A stretch of DNA of 64,000 bases from a virus. Location: positions 64,001-128,000 of the IMG/VR virus record IMGVR_UViG_3300036770_005682. One strand, given 5' to 3'. The position numbers were made by a program, and so were the translations under genes. Positions 63,104 through 64,000 of the stretch are shown piece after piece. The first letter of the stretch is position 1. Each line of letters begins with the position of its first letter. The notes under the pieces were generated by a model. It was given only the letters and a program-made list of their open reading frames with translations, was not told where the DNA came from and searched no databases.

Positions 63104-63681
63104 GTGACCATTGAATATTTAACTCCGGTATGAACCGGGTGAGCTATGTGTATATATGGGAAGTTGGCAGGAAATATGACAGTCGTATTTGGTTCAGCTT
63201 CGACAGTGATGCCAAGACGTGGGAATTCCAACTGGCCTTCCCCTTGTGATGTGTTGCCCAAGAATGAAACGACAGAAAATATACGCGAATTCATGCTGTG
63301 ATGGTCGTAGTGGGCGTTGTATCTGCCGCCGCCCTGGTACTTGAGGAGCTCAAATTCCTCGTGTATACAGGGGTCGAGCATGTTTACCTGCTGATAATGT
63401 TCAACAGCCAGAATTACTGGCTCATATACGTGGCGACGGAACATGAAACCCAATGGGCTTGCGTTGTAGTTAGTAAACGGTGGGAACAATGGCACAAGCG
63501 AGCAGCGTAGGGAGCTTCTGTACTCGCTAACTATTCCGTCAGCAATTGTTGAATTTGACCATTGCAAGGAAGACCATTCAGATTTGGTCTCGTTTTCTAA
63601 CATCTCTACAAATGTTGCACCATCTGTGAGGTTTTTGTATCTATGCAGGCCTACGAAAAGCTCTTCGTATTCCATGGTCAC
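63079..63681 (-). CDS. 2OG-Fe(II) oxygenase (prolyl 4-hydroxylase-like)
   Basis: HYD...GQLEF...FPANFPYIHIAHPVHTGVKYS. Confidence 0.88.
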   Translation of the reverse strand: MTMEYEELFVGLHRYKNLTDGATFVEMLENETKSEWSSLQWSNSTIADGIVSEYRSSLRCSLVPLFPPFTNYNASPLGFMFRRHVYEPVILAVEHYQQVNMLDPCIHEEFELLKYQGGGRYNAHYDHHSMNSRIFSVVSFLGNTSQGEGQLEFPRLGITVEAEPNTTVIFPANFPYIHIAHPVHTGVKYSMVTWYRSSPI

Positions 63682-63908
63682 CCAAGAGCCGCTAGTTTTT
63701 CCTCTATTAGGGCGAGGCTTTCTTTTATTTCTCCAAGACGCTGCTGTTCATAAAAAAGTATTACGTCTGGGGTTGTCCAGGTTGATATATCAAAAGTGTC
63801 AGGGTCGATACCCAAAACCAGACACGCCCTGTAAACATCTGCCAACAGAGTTGACTTAGTTTGCTCCAGGATTGTTCTCTTTTGTTGCTCGGAAATATTG
63901 ACAGTCAT
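63678..63908 (-). CDS. Hypothetical protein
   Basis: AGGAGA RBS. Confidence 0.6.
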   Translation of the reverse strand: MTVNISEQQKRTILEQTKSTLLADVYRACLVLGIDPDTFDISTWTTPDVILFYEQQRLGEIKESLALIEEKLAALG

Positions 63909-64000
63909 GTTGTCTCCTATTGATTAAGAATAACATAGGCATAACCAGAGGATGCGCTATACGAGTCTGCATCTGCGGTCAGGCCGGACCTTGTATCGTA

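Overview
The window is part of a large tailed dsDNA phage genome, most likely infecting an actinobacterium. Host clues are three WhiB genes, an Rpf domain, a short-arm tRNA-Leu(UAA), leaderless genes, actinobacterial-type LexA boxes and an LPXTG protein. No capsid, portal, large terminase, DNA polymerase or integrase gene was recognised. Layout: 1-26 kb holds 12 tRNAs, SSB, ParB-like genes, class II ribonucleotide reductase, thioredoxin, primase-helicase, DUF932, pyrimidine-dimer glycosylase, a PAPS-reductase-like gene and a SNF2 helicase. 26.6-46 kb is an early/accessory region. 46-55 kb holds a proteasome-beta-like protease, a phosphoesterase, lysis genes and host-surface-type proteins. 55-64 kb holds tail-fibre-like genes and a sulfation/halogenation/hydroxylation enzyme cluster. 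The most striking feature is the 27-46 kb region, an array of small self-contained cassettes (promoter, 1-5 genes, terminator) in either orientation. It is punctuated by about 17 copies of a polar 15-18 bp motif, (TTT)GACGGTGGYGGAAGA, all on the + strand and often preceded by an AGYCCCG-N18/19-CGGGGCT inverted repeat. The cassette DNA at about 29-42 kb is almost free of 4-bp palindromic restriction sites, while several linkers are crowded with them. Most cassette promoters carry CRP-like boxes, and one carries three LexA boxes. All calls come from reading by eye; no database search or k-mer count was run.
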